64,000 nt of DNA, taken from the NCBI RefSeq assembly GCF_036321535.1, contig NC_087437.1:27158001-27222000 (forward strand). The letters run 5' to 3'. The position numbers were made by a program, and so were the translations under genes. Source of the stretch: Camelus dromedarius (Eukaryota). This document shows, piece by piece, positions 12,199 to 23,375 of the stretch (the first letter of the stretch is position 1; every line of letters starts with the position of its first letter). The notes under the pieces were generated by a model. That model did no database searches, was not told the origin of the DNA, and saw only the letters and a list, made by a program, of their open reading frames with translations.

Positions 12199-12456
12199 GC
12201 TGCAGGAGATTCCAAGGCAAGGATGAGTCTGAAGAAAAGTTGGTGGGTCATCAGGATAGGCCAACTCTGGTCCAATGTACCATCAGAGAGAAAAAGCAGG
12301 TAGGAGTGTTAAGAAAAGCAAAAGGGTAACACCTACTGCTGGTGATGCTCCCTTCCTCCTTTTTCTCCCTGATGGAGCATCAGGCCAGAGTTGGCGCCTC
12401 CTGATGTCCCACTAACTTTTCTTCAGACCCACCCTTGCCTTGGAATCTCCTGCAGC
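12199..12456. repeat. Long inverted repeat (106-bp arms, 46-nt spacer)
   Basis: Arm 12199-12304 vs the reverse complement of 12351-12456: gapless, 91/106 identical by manual count, outer 24 bp perfect. Confidence 0.93.
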
Positions 12457-13855
12457 AGACTTGATGAAATTCTGCTAGAGACTTTTCAGTATCTCTCCTA
12501 AGCCTTAAGTACACTCAGTAATACAAAAACATACTTGATCAGGAAAGCTTTTTAGCTTTGTTTTCCTTCTCAGGATGTCTGTCCAGAGAGGAAGCACATT
12601 CTAATGCCCCAGGTGTGAGCACACGCCCCACGACTCAGCGGCAACACCCAGGGACCCTGAATGCTGGCGTTCACTTTGGCAAACGCGAACCTCCTACGTG
12701 CCCCTCTCAAGGAGTGAGTGTGAATGGGAAATGCCACTGTTTACAAATTTTTTTGGGTGTACAAATGTGGCTCTTAAGGTATTTTACACCGAAGGTCTTA
12801 CGAGAGTCATAGGGATATAGCACTTTCTGTGGAGCTTCAAAACCGGGCAAATTTAATCCAGTCCTAGGCTGGGGACTCCGTAGGCCAGACTTGCTGTCCC
12901 TCTCGGTTCTCCTCCATTCCGACTGTTCTAGAGATCAACTTAAAGTTAAAAATGATCTGCTCTGGTTCCAGGCAGTGGTGACCTGTGAAAATCTGTGGCC
13001 AATTCTGTGTAGAAGCAGCATTCAGCTTTAGTACGCTTTCCTAGCATTCCAGTGCTTCTGTTCTTGATTTTCCTCTCAAAAGCTGTCAGTTTGGTTCTTT
13101 CAAATCTTGAGCCTCACTGGAAATGCACGTGGACCCCGGTGTTTGCCAGTACATGCTTTTTTGAGCCAACTTGGTCAACTTCAGCTAGCAGTGAGGGCAG
13201 CAGGGACAATTTCCAAACGATTTTGTCTTCTGGGAAGTTTTAAAGTTAAGAAGAGATCTTTGAAGTGGTTTTGGCAAATCGGCTTATCCCCTCAGACTTT
13301 TGGTGATAGATCACCCATCACCTAGCAGCCACTCTAATCCCACCCATCTTCCATCTGATTTGGTGAAGGAGAAGCCCTCTCCAGCACTTGTAATCCGATC
13401 TCAGAGCACCCACCAGCTAGGGGTTATCTCTGTTCTCTGCAACTGATGAACAAACAGGCCCAAGGATGTGGTAACTGGACTGAGGTCATACAAAGCCAGG
13501 ATAGGAACCTAGTTCTGTCTCCTGCCCAGTGCCTGTTTTCCTTGGACAGCTTACTAGTTTCCAAAATTTCAGGGCAAAAAAAAAAAAAAAAAAAAATCCT
13601 TGGTAAAATCATTTAATCCAACTCTTTCTCTTAAAAACACTCTGGTGCAAAGAAATAGACTGACTTATACGTCAAATGTCTCGTCACTAGAACAACAGTT
13701 CCTGTCTCCTAGAGTCCTAAATGTTGGCATTTTCTCTCGGCAAAATAGAGATGAAAAGAGAACATCCCCTACAGCTGGGGGCTATCAGAGTTCCAAAGTT
13801 CACATATGCTCAGAGTTCAATGAGAACTTCCAGGCTTTTTAAAAGAGATCTAGAT

Positions 13856-14070
13856 CAGAGGCTGCACACTAGCAGTTGGAATTTGATCTGCAGACACAGT
13901 TGGTTTGGCCTGCAAGTGCTGGCTTTAAATTTGAATTTGGCCAATGTCAAAAAACAAACAAACAAACAAACAAACAAAGATATTTAACATTCAAAAAATT
14001 CAGAGTTCTGGCTTTTCTTGAAAAAATCCAAAGGTCTGGCATGGCTGCATCCACATTCCCACCCCTGCCA
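13856..14070. mobile_element. MER102/MER103-like hAT relic with (AAAC)n
   Basis: GTTCTGGCTTTTCTTGAAAAAATCC...TCTGGCA motif typical of this group. Confidence 0.5.
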
Positions 14071-14235
14071 GTGAGCCAAGGCTGGGCAGAAGTTGCTCTC
14101 TTTGGAGGTGGCAGGTGCTGTCCGGCTCCCAGCCATCTCCACTTCCCCTGAGGTCACCTGAACCCTGAGGGTCACGTGTCAGATGCAGCTGCCTCCCTCC
14201 CTTACATGACCTTTCCCTGCCAGTATTTAAATGTA

Positions 14236-14352
14236 TTCTTTTTTTAAATTTAATTTTTAAATTTTTCTAATGAAGGTACTGGGGATTGAACCCAGGACCT
14301 CGTGAATGCTAAGCATGTGTTCTACCATTCAGCTGTACCCACCCCACCCCCC
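14236..14352 (-). mobile_element. vic-1-like SINE
   Basis: GGTACTGGGGATTGAACCCAGGACCTCGTGAATGCTAAGCATGTGTTCTACCATTCAGCTGTACCC is the reverse complement of the tRNA-like head; T-rich tail. Confidence 0.85.
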
Positions 14353-17300
14353 TGCTGGTACTTATAGTTTTCCTCCACTGGAGTAAATGAGTCCACACTG
14401 AGGAGCTTTTAACTTTCAATGGGGTTCTCTGATTTGACCTTTTTTTTTTTTAAAGGAACACAGCACTGTCAAAATCCAGCAGTAGGTAAGACTTGTCTGG
14501 CCGAGGCTTTCTAGTTTCTAGTTCAGTAATTATTTGGAGATAAGGCTGCTAGAAACTTGTAGAGGAGGGCAAAGAAAAAGTGGAAAGAAAATGTCCCATA
14601 GTGTAAGCAGGCTGGAGTGGTTTAGCATTTCCCACAGTTGTGGAGAAAAATACTGGGCTGGTATTAAAACACATTGTTAAGTGGTAGCACAAACGTGTCA
14701 GCCTTCACTTCTGCCCCTGTACCCACGCTCCCTTGAGGTGTGGGTTTGAGATAAGGGAACAGGATGTCAAACCTTCTCAGGCGTGGCACAGGCCATTGGA
14801 TGGACTAAAAATACCACAAGTGGAGAAGAGCCACACTCTGACAGAGATCCTTTTTTTAACAGGAGACCTGAGCTAATAGTGCATGTGGTGCCCTCTATCA
14901 AAGGTGCTGGCAGGACTCTAGCCTTTCATTAAGTGACTCCACACCTCCGTGAGGAAGCTATGTGGCAACACATCCGTTTTGGGGCCAACCGAAGCATGAG
15001 CTCTTCAGAGCTGTGATGAAATCTCCCCAAATATTAAGTTAATATTACGTTTGTAGGCTCTTTCCCCCAACCCCCAGCCCGATCTTCCCACCCCACAAAC
15101 CCTACAAAATTTCTGCCAATGAATTTTATAGTCAGCATGCATGTTGTCTCACTGGGATGTGTCCATCTGGTGAACTCATCTAGGTCAGGTGATTCTGTTA
15201 CTGGTGTCAACCTCAAGTTATGATGTGGAGCCTTGGAGTATAACCTCAGATTCAAAATCCCTATATAGTGAGTAGTACAAAGGTACACCCATGTGCCTTC
15301 AGGATGCAAGTTTATGGGCTGGTTCACTGTGTGATCTTTGTTAAGTCATTTAACCTCTCTACAGGCATGTGTTTTGTCACCTGAGAAAAAGAAAGGCAGA
15401 CTCATAAAAGGTGACCCACGCAAAGAAGCTGGCATGCACAGGTCCTCCCTTCTTGTCATGGAATGCTGGAAGCTACAGGTCCTTGGAAGTTGAGCAGTCC
15501 CATCTCTTCATGACAGTTGAGGACATCAAGGCCCCCAGAGGTGGTCTCTCAGGCAAACAATGGCAGTGCCAGGCAACTCCTGAGACCTGGGTTCTGGTAT
15601 TTTACCCAGCATTGGTTTTCTCACATGAGCCAGCCCATGAGAGAGACTCAGCAGGTAGGGACAGTGACAAGGCAGTCCCTATGATTTCTAGTGCGAGCTG
15701 AAGGGCTAGCTATGCAGACCTCCATTTTGCTAAAGTTCTCCATAGGCCTCACCACTCCCTATCGCTCTCAGCCATCTTGGTTGCTTGCTGGGCCTCTGTA
15801 TACATCCAGGTTGGGTTCAGCCAAACTCACTGGCTGAGTTGCCCTGTCAGTAGTCTGGATTACTGATCAACCAAAGTTGAGGCATGCAAACGCCAGCTTT
15901 ATAAATCTCACAGACAGGCATACACACAAAAGTGGCCCTCCAGATCACTTTCTAAGCTTCGTTTCTGGTCCATAGGCAGATGGTTGACCCTGTTTAATTC
16001 CGGCTTGCAAAGTGATGGCTTTGTCCATCTACAGTCTTACAGAATGGGAACTTTAAAAATCACTGGCATGTATAGAAATGCCGGGCACCCCTGGTTACCA
16101 GTAGAACTCTTCAAGAAAGACTTCACTAGCATGTGACGCATTAGGAGAGAACATACGATTCAACAGGAACGAGAATTCTGAATCCTGAAAGTGAAACTTC
16201 ACATTTCATACAGCTTGTTATGACTTCCCTTTCTCTATGGAGCCACACAATGTGCTTATGATACTACTTTTTAAAAATAAATTACGGATAGCTGACTGAT
16301 AGCAAATGCTCATTTGTGAACTGTAATTCATTTAAAGTCATGTCTTCTGTTAGCCTCTGAAGGTCTGGGGGAAAGTGAAAGGCTGAGAAGACAGCACCCC
16401 AGAAATCCTGAGGGGCATTCCCCACCCCCTCACCCAGCCCCCACAATAGATCTCAAACCTCAAATATCCACTCTTATGGCAACTATCACCAAATCTTCTC
16501 TTGATGACTAAGCTGCCACTTTCATGACCCTAAGAAAATTTTGGAAATAGTTTGTCTGCATTTTGTGACAAACTCCTACTGGGCTGGGTGGATTAGTAAG
16601 GCTTGTATGAGGAGTGGCTGAAAGCAGAGTAATTTATTAAGGTTGACTGGAAACCCGCAGCCCAAACACAGCTTCAAACCCTTATTTGAGTATGCTATTT
16701 TAAACCTGATTTGTGGCAGGGCACAGACCAAATTAAATCACTCATTTTACTGACTTGAGTCCCAAGCTTCAGTTCTCTGGTGGATTATTTTTAATTTAAA
16801 AATAAGCTCTTGCCCTATAAAAGCAGGCAGCACCAAGGAGAAACAAGACAGCCTAAGTGGCCCAAGAGACAGAGCAGTTGCTTTTATAAAAAAGCTCAAA
16901 AGTGTTAATGACATTATTTCTAAGTTTAGGAAATGAATTTTATGGTAAATTTCTAGGTTATAATGAGGTAATAGAGATAGGTATGTCTCTGAAACTGCTC
17001 CTAAAGATTTTGAAATGACACATGTAGGTAAACAGATGTTACAATATGACCATACAATGCAATACTATGCAGCCATTTAAAATACAGTGAAGCAGAGCTA
17101 GGTTTCAGACACAGAAAAATATGTGCCATAAAAATTTTACAGCAAGTGGCAGACACCATTTTTGGAGAAAAACTTGTGTCTATGTGTGTGCATATAAACA
17201 CCTTTCTGACACTTGCATCTATATTCAGCTATATTCAATTATATTCAGCTGCAGAGAGTATATTTATATATGGTTAGGAAAAAACCCTATGAAAATGCAC

Positions 17301-18113
17301 GCTAAACCTAATATTGGTGGTAAAGGAGGCGAGTGGTCTTGGTTTTTAACTTGACTTTTCTTACCTTAGTGGTTTGCATTTTTTTTTGCAAGAGCATTTA
17401 TAACTTTTTTAACTAAATGAAAAATTAAGTGATGGGCTTTAAATAACTGTAACAACAGCTCCTGCCTGCCCTTCCTATCAAATTCCTGATCAACTCTTGT
17501 TTCCACCCCCACTTAGTTAAAAAACACAATTCCCCAGGACATGGAAGGCTAGGGGAGGGAAAGGCGTGGCTTCCAGGGTTTTCTAGTTGCTAGAGGAAAG
17601 AAAATAGGCTGTAGGCGCGCCCCCCCCCCTTTTAAGCTACACTCCCGAGGGCTCCCACGTGTCAGGGGTGAGCAGAAGGGAGGCGCAGGATGTAGGAGGA
17701 ACCCAGTACCAATGCTTCCAAGCCCAGTGCTGGTAAAAGGTGCTTTTAGTTCGCCCTTTCCCGCCCCCCCCGCCAAATCCCCCAAAGATTAGTCAGCCTC
17801 CTGGTCCAAGTTTTACTTGAGCGGCCCAGCCTTACCCAGCACACCCACGCCTGCAGAGTACGCAGGCTCCAAGTGGGGTGAGCTGTGATGTGTTCTAACA
17901 GCGATCGTGTGCCAGTTAGGCTGGGGTCAGTGCTCGGGCAACTATCAGCCCAGAGCTACTTCCAAAGTGGACAGGTGGGCATAGGGGAGGGTGGACAAAA
18001 TGTAATTTTTTGCTTAATAAGAGAGATGCCACCTGCCTCTCAGCGCCTGCGAGTGGGCTGGAGGAATCCGGATGGTCGCCGGGTGGAGGTGCGCGGCTGG
18101 CACCTGGGCTTAC

Positions 18114-18530
18114 CTTGCAGGGAAACAGAACTGCCGAGGCCACCTTCTCCATAGCCAGATTCCTGATGCTGGGCGTCAGGGCGCCCCTGCACGTCGGGCA
18201 GCAGCTCAACTTCTGGCGGCATTGGTTACACACCAGGTGCCCGGCCTGGCACTGCAGGATTGGGGGCAGGACATAGTCAAAGCAGACCGGGCACTCGAAG
18301 AGCGAGGTCAGCTCGTGGTGCTGCGGGGACACCGGGCCAGCCCCGCCGCCGCCGCCGGCGCCCGAGATCACCGCCGCCGCGGCGGGCACCGCGGACGAGC
18401 CGGGGCCCGCAGCCGAGATGGTGGCGGCGGCCGGGGGCGCAGCCGGGGACGGAGCGTGCTGGGGCTGCGGCGGCGGCTGCTTGCTGCAGGGTTTGTTAGC
18501 GCTGGGGCCGGTGGAGGACGGGCGGCTCAT
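18114..18530 (-). CDS. SIAH2: SIAH2 E3 ubiquitin ligase, coding exon 1 (aa 1-139; Pro/Ala/Gly-rich N-terminus and RING domain)
   Basis: ATG at 18530 starts [21 protein letters not shown]...[38 protein letters not shown]...VLFPCK. The exon ends at the donor AAG|GTAAGC (intron starts 18113). 417 nt, phase 0. Confidence 0.98.
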
Positions 18531-18549
18531 CGCGCTCCGAACCAACCAT
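18496..18549 (-). other. Overlapping upstream ORF (17 aa, [17 protein letters not shown])
   Basis: ATG at 18549 lies 19 nt upstream of and out of frame with the SIAH2 ATG. Stop TAA at 18498-18496 is inside the SIAH2 CDS. Translation is unproven. Confidence 0.6.
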
Positions 18550-19934
18550 GGAACTGCGGGCGCCTGCCTGCCGCGGGGACGCCGGAGTCAAGGCGGTGCG
18601 CGCCCCGCGGGCGGCGGGCTCCGGGGCAACGCCACCGCGCCCAGCCCAGGACCAAACAACAGAGACGGCCCGCGCTGGCGGGCGAGGGAGCTGGACCGCG
18701 CTGACGATCTCCGCGGCCCTCGGCGTTCCGAACACCCCTCCGCGCCCTCCCGGCGGCGTCGCGGCCCCGAAGCCGAGCGGTGCGCAGAACTCCGGCCCAG
18801 CTGCTCCTGGAACGGCAGCTGACGCAAGCCCCGGGGGCGCGCGCGGACGTGACGCCTGGACACGTGTGCGGCCGCCCAAGCGCGCGGGGACTGGCAGAGC
18901 CACCCTGCGCTGGGGCGCCGGCTCCGCCCGACTCCAGCTGGCACGCCGGGGGCCGCCTAGCGCGGGCGCTTCCTGCCGGAGCTGCGGGCCCGGCCCGCGC
19001 CAGTGAGCATGCCCGGCGCCCCGCGGCCGCGCGGGGTCTGCTTTTCCGGGTTGCGGAGGGGGCCGCCCTTCGGGAAGGCGTAGCCGAAGTCTTCTAGCCA
19101 CACCCCGGGGAGCCACGCCGACGCGTCCCGCGGGCGCAAACCAGAAGGACAACTTTAGGCGGGGCGGGGGCTTGTATGGTGGGCGGGGCGGGACGCGGGC
19201 ACCCTTAGACCGGTCGGAAAAAACCCAGAGGTTTCTCTTCCCTTGGTTGAGTCAGCAGCGTGGGGGAGGCGTGCGGCGGGGCCAGCGCGGTTCTTAGTGT
19301 GGAGTGCGGGGTCCGGATCCGGAGCTTTGGGCGAGAGAAGGGCAAGGGGCTCGGGTGGAGTCTGAAGCCGGCGCAGAACCTAGTGCTGGGCTGTTAAGGG
19401 TGTTTGTTTGGACCAGTTCGTGGTCCTGCTTCCCAGGGTGGGGAGAAGGTGAGCTCTTTATTATCCGACCTGCCGATGCCCTCTTTGAACTGAGCGCCTC
19501 TGACTTGCTAGCAGGCCCAGAAGGGAGTTTGTGGGCAGCGTTGGCTAAAAGGAGAGTTCGAGATCACCAGAATCTAGAAATGCCAGAAATGCGGCTTGGG
19601 TCCTGAAGCCCCCGGAAAACAGTGGGTGACCCTCCAATGCAACGCATCCTCCTCTTTGAGATCCCGCTGAAGGCCAAGACTTTGATGCAAGCTGTTGGCG
19701 CTTACCCTGCAAGCCCAGCCGAAGTCCTAGAGAGGGCATGACGGCCCAGAGGGAACCACAAGTTAACGTGTACTGTGCGCTCTGAGTTAAATTGCTTTTC
19801 TGCATACTTTGAGCCACTGACAGGGGAATTAGGGGAAAGAGCTGCACAGCTGTGAATCGGATGATTCTTTGTAAGAAAAACAGTGGGAAGGAAGAACGGT
19901 CAGGACTGGGTGAAGAACGGTGCCCTCCACTTAC

Positions 19935-20110
19935 CGTCTGTGTGACTTTGGACAAGGTCTTTCGTTTCTCTGTGCCTCAATTTCCTCATTTGAACAAGTG
20001 GACTAAAAACACTACCTATCTTATAGGTGGGATAATGAGGATTAAATGAGTTTGATATATGCCAAGAACCTGGCCCATCATAGTCACTGCTTAAATGTTA
20101 GGTATTATTT
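19935..20110 (+). mobile_element. MIR
   Basis: TGTGACTTTGGACAAG...CTCTGTGCCTCAATTTCCTCATTTG...GAGGATTAAATGAG core. Confidence 0.75.
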
Positions 20111-20669
20111 TTAAAAATAGTATTAGTTAATGTTTAATATTAATTAATATTGGTGAATAAAATCTGTCCAAGAAATATACTGTTAGAGCCTGGAAGAAAG
20201 AAAGTCTAATCTTGTACAGGGCAGCTAGAAAGACTACATGCATGGAATTGGTGGAATTTAATCTAAATCTGAAGAAGGTTAATAGATGTGATGTCATTCA
20301 TACATTCAGTAAATGTTTCCTGAGCATTTATTATGTACCAGCCACTGTTTGGGCTCTGAGAATGGTTCCGATTTAGTCTCCTTTTAGTAAGAGAGCAATG
20401 CCAATAACCAAAACACTCATGGAAGAGGATTTCAGTTGACTAGGTATGGTGAGGGTAGGGGTGAAGACATCGTAGCAGCAGCTAAAGCACAGTGAGAGAT
20501 GCGATGGGACTTGGGGTTAGGGTGGGGAGGTGCATGACCGCCTCAGTTGGCCTGATAAGACCTTTACCTCAGTGACAAAGAGTAATCCCTGTAGGCTTTT
20601 GAAAGGTGCTATAACATGGCTGAATCTCAGTTTTTGAAACGGTGCTCTGCAGAATACAAAATGATGATA

Positions 20670-20870
20670 ACTGATCTTTATTGAGCGTCTACTATGTGCT
20701 GGGCATGGATGGTTCTAAGGACTTTGAAACAATCCTGCAGGATGGCTACTATTGTCATCATCTCCATTTTACAGTTGAGGAGACTGAGACACATGGAAAT
20801 GAATTTGCTCAGGATCACTGAGCTGATCTTATTGGAACAGCTCCAGAGCCCTCCTTCTTAGCTACTAATC
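20670..20870 (-). mobile_element. MIR
   Basis: TTTATTGAGCGTCTACTATGTGC...CCATTTTACAGTTGAGGAGACTGAG. Confidence 0.7.
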
Positions 20871-22529
20871 TATATCCCTTTCAATTATACCCGACTCCTA
20901 CTTATAGTCTTGTTAAGGAGTTAAGATTAGCACACTCAGCACAGTTAGAAAACAGTTACACAGCCAGTAATAAAGCATTGAATTTCGTGGGCCCACTTTA
21001 CATAAATTCTTTCCTTAGCTGGCCTTGAGAGGAAAAAATGTAATCATACTCTGTTTATTCCATTTTTGCCTTTTTATAGCATAGAGAACACAGTAGTGAC
21101 AACAGGAAAAAAAATCACCCAGCGTTTCACTTTTAATTGGAGAAAATATAATACTTTCCACTTTTAATTTAACACCCAAGCAAGTAGAATTTATTAGCAG
21201 AATTAATTTTCTTTCCCTCCAGCACTGGCCTCTCAGCACCGCTGCCCCCCATTCCCAGGTCTTACTAGCTCTCACTGGAGAAGCAGGGTCCTCACCCTTG
21301 CCATGTTCACATGAGTTCCAGACAGCTAGGCCCTGGTTGTTTAAGAAGCAGTTTAATTTTGGAGGTGTTGAAACAAAGAACAGGAAAAGCAATTCTCTGC
21401 AGAGAGAATTTGGTTTATTTAAAAAAAAAATACAACTAACTCTTCCACTCTTACCCTGACAGATGCCTCCTGTGGTATGGAGACATTTCTTCTTGTTTCT
21501 TCCTTTACATCATTGCACTTCCGGTTAAGTTGATAAGAGTGATTTAAAAAAATCTTCCTCTGGGCAGTTGCTGAAGGTAAGTGGGGTGAGAGCAGACAGG
21601 CCTGCTGGTTGACCCACATCAGTGACCTCTTCAGGCTGCCAGGCTGGCCTTTCAAGTCCTCTTTCCTTCTTCCTCCTTCCTTGGGGCTTTTGAATCAGAC
21701 AAAGGTGGCCTTTGCACACTGGGCATCGTGAGCCAGGACACATTCTCAGTAGGGCATGTGTGCTGAGCTGAGTTGTGTTTATTTGCCCTTGGGAGTTGCT
21801 GCTGTTGCTGAGTGACTTTGTGGCCTGGGGAGAGCAGCGGGGAGGGTCCAGCTTTTCGTTATCTCCTGATTCATGACGCGTTTACCACATCTGCTGGACA
21901 ACGGGTTGGCTTTCTTCCCCCACCGAGTCCCGGATTGCACAAAGGGGACGTGTGAAGCAGGACACTGCTCCTTAACCCATCTCCCCCTGTGCTACCCTTT
22001 GAAGACTAGAGATACACTGAGGAGTCCTTCTTTCCTTAAAATATCAGGGTGGGTCTTGTTTTAAAAAACTCACACGTGACCCCTAATCTCACCTAAACTG
22101 CTGAGCTCAATGAGAAATAACTTAAGCTAGGCAGGTGAACTCTTGCTGGTCTTTCTGTAACTTATAAATTGTGTGGTTTTGCAAATTGGGCAACTTCTGC
22201 AATCAGGCAAATGGTGTGCATTTTCAGAGCGAAGTGTGGTCGGCTTTTTCTGTTTAGATTTAGAGATGACTCAGGAGGGCATTGGAGCTGGCTGCATGGA
22301 AATTTCTGATAAGGGGAAAGCTTGTGGGAAATTTGGAGGTGACTGTGAGGCCCCTTGGTAATTATGGTAGGAACTTTTACCTTTAGAAAGTACTTTAGTT
22401 TCTGGGGTAATTTCCCTGTGCTCAAACATCTTTTGAGTAATGAGGGGGCATTTAAGGCAAGTCTTTCCTGAACAACCACCATGAACTTAGTACTGTGCAT
22501 TGCACGGAGTAAGTATATGCCTTTGCATT

Positions 22530-22672
22530 ATTATAATTAAAAAAAATTTTTTTTTGGTTGGGGGGAGGTAATTTGGTTTGTTTGTTTGTTTATTTAATGG
22601 AGGTACTGGGGATGGAATCCAGGACCTCGTACATGCTAAGCATTCACTCTACCACTGAGCTATACCTCCCCT
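22530..22672 (-). mobile_element. vic-1-like SINE with TSD
   Basis: Reverse-complement tRNA head ...CTACCACTGAGCTATACCTCCCC. TSD CTTTGCATT at 22521-22529 and 22673-22681. Confidence 0.88.
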
Positions 22673-22845
22673 CTTTGCATTTTTTTTGTATCCATACTTA
22701 GGTCATATTGCTCTAGTGTTCACCATATGCTATAGGTACTGTTCTCAGCACTTTACATATTTTAATTCTTTTAATCCCCACAATGTCTCCTATAAGGTAG
22801 ATGTTTATAGATGACAAAACTGAAGTATGGAGAAGCCAAGTCGCT

Positions 22846-23319
22846 TGTAGTAAGCAGCCTTTAAGATGGCTCCAGTGAGCTCCCCTCCTGGTGTCTGCCC
22901 TCTGTATGATTCCCTCCCTTCAGGTGAGAGCCAGAGTGCTCACTTTAAATGAATAGATAAGGTCAAAGTGATAGAATGCCGCTTCTGAGGTTACGTTAGA
23001 AAAGACTAAGACTTCTGTTTAGCTCTTTCTCTCCGTCTCCTTCTTTGAGCCCTCTCTGTGGGCGAAGCCCACTGTCGCATTACGAGTAGCCCTATGAAAA
23101 GCCTCACACCACAAGGAACTGATGTGGCTGGTCAACAGCCAGCAAACGCTCCAGGCCTGGCTGACAGTTCGAGTGCACTTGTGAGACTCAGAGCCAGAGG
23201 ATCTAGCTGAGCTGATGCACAGAAGCTGTGAGATAGTAAATGCCTGTGGTTGTTAGGTTTTAAGTTTTTAACTAAGTTTGGGGCAGTTTGTTATATAGCA
23301 ACAATATACAACTGATGCA
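22846..23319 (+). mobile_element. MaLR LTR (MLT1F/E-like) inserted in a MIR
   Basis: TG...CA ends; GCAGCCTTTAAGATGGCTCC start and TTTGGGGCAGTTTGTTATATAGCAA end. Confidence 0.75.
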
Positions 23320-23375
23320 CTGGTCTGAGGTCCAAAAGCTTGTATGTAAAAAGACATGCAAAGTATAGACCCTCT

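Larger units (their letters stand above)
2781..18113 (-). other. SIAH2: SIAH2 intron (GT-AG, ~15.3 kb)
   Basis: GTAAGC donor at 18113 and polypyrimidine-CAG acceptor at 2781 join the two exons in frame. Confidence 0.96.
17850..19400. promoter_or_regulatory. SIAH2: CpG island / SIAH2 promoter and 5' UTR
   Basis: Very high GC and CpG density spanning exon 1. GC boxes (GGGGCGGGG) at ~19161-19192, CACGTG at 18861-18866, TGACG half-CRE sites near 18820-18856. Confidence 0.92.

Noticed and set aside
14152..14166. Possible estrogen response element AGGTCACCTGAACC
   Set aside because: Two mismatches to GGTCAnnnTGACC, or wrong spacing; I did not spot a consensus ERE.
17916..18113. C-terminal extension of ORF 17916..18545 ([10 protein letters not shown]...)
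   Set aside because: Lies past the strong GTAAGC donor; it is intron sequence.
19005..19014. p53 half-site GAGCATGCCC
   Set aside because: No adjacent second half-site.
18010..19152. Multiple long overlapping ORFs (105-218 aa) on both strands
   Set aside because: Expected from stop-codon depletion in a CpG island; low-complexity R/A/G/P content with no recognisable domain.
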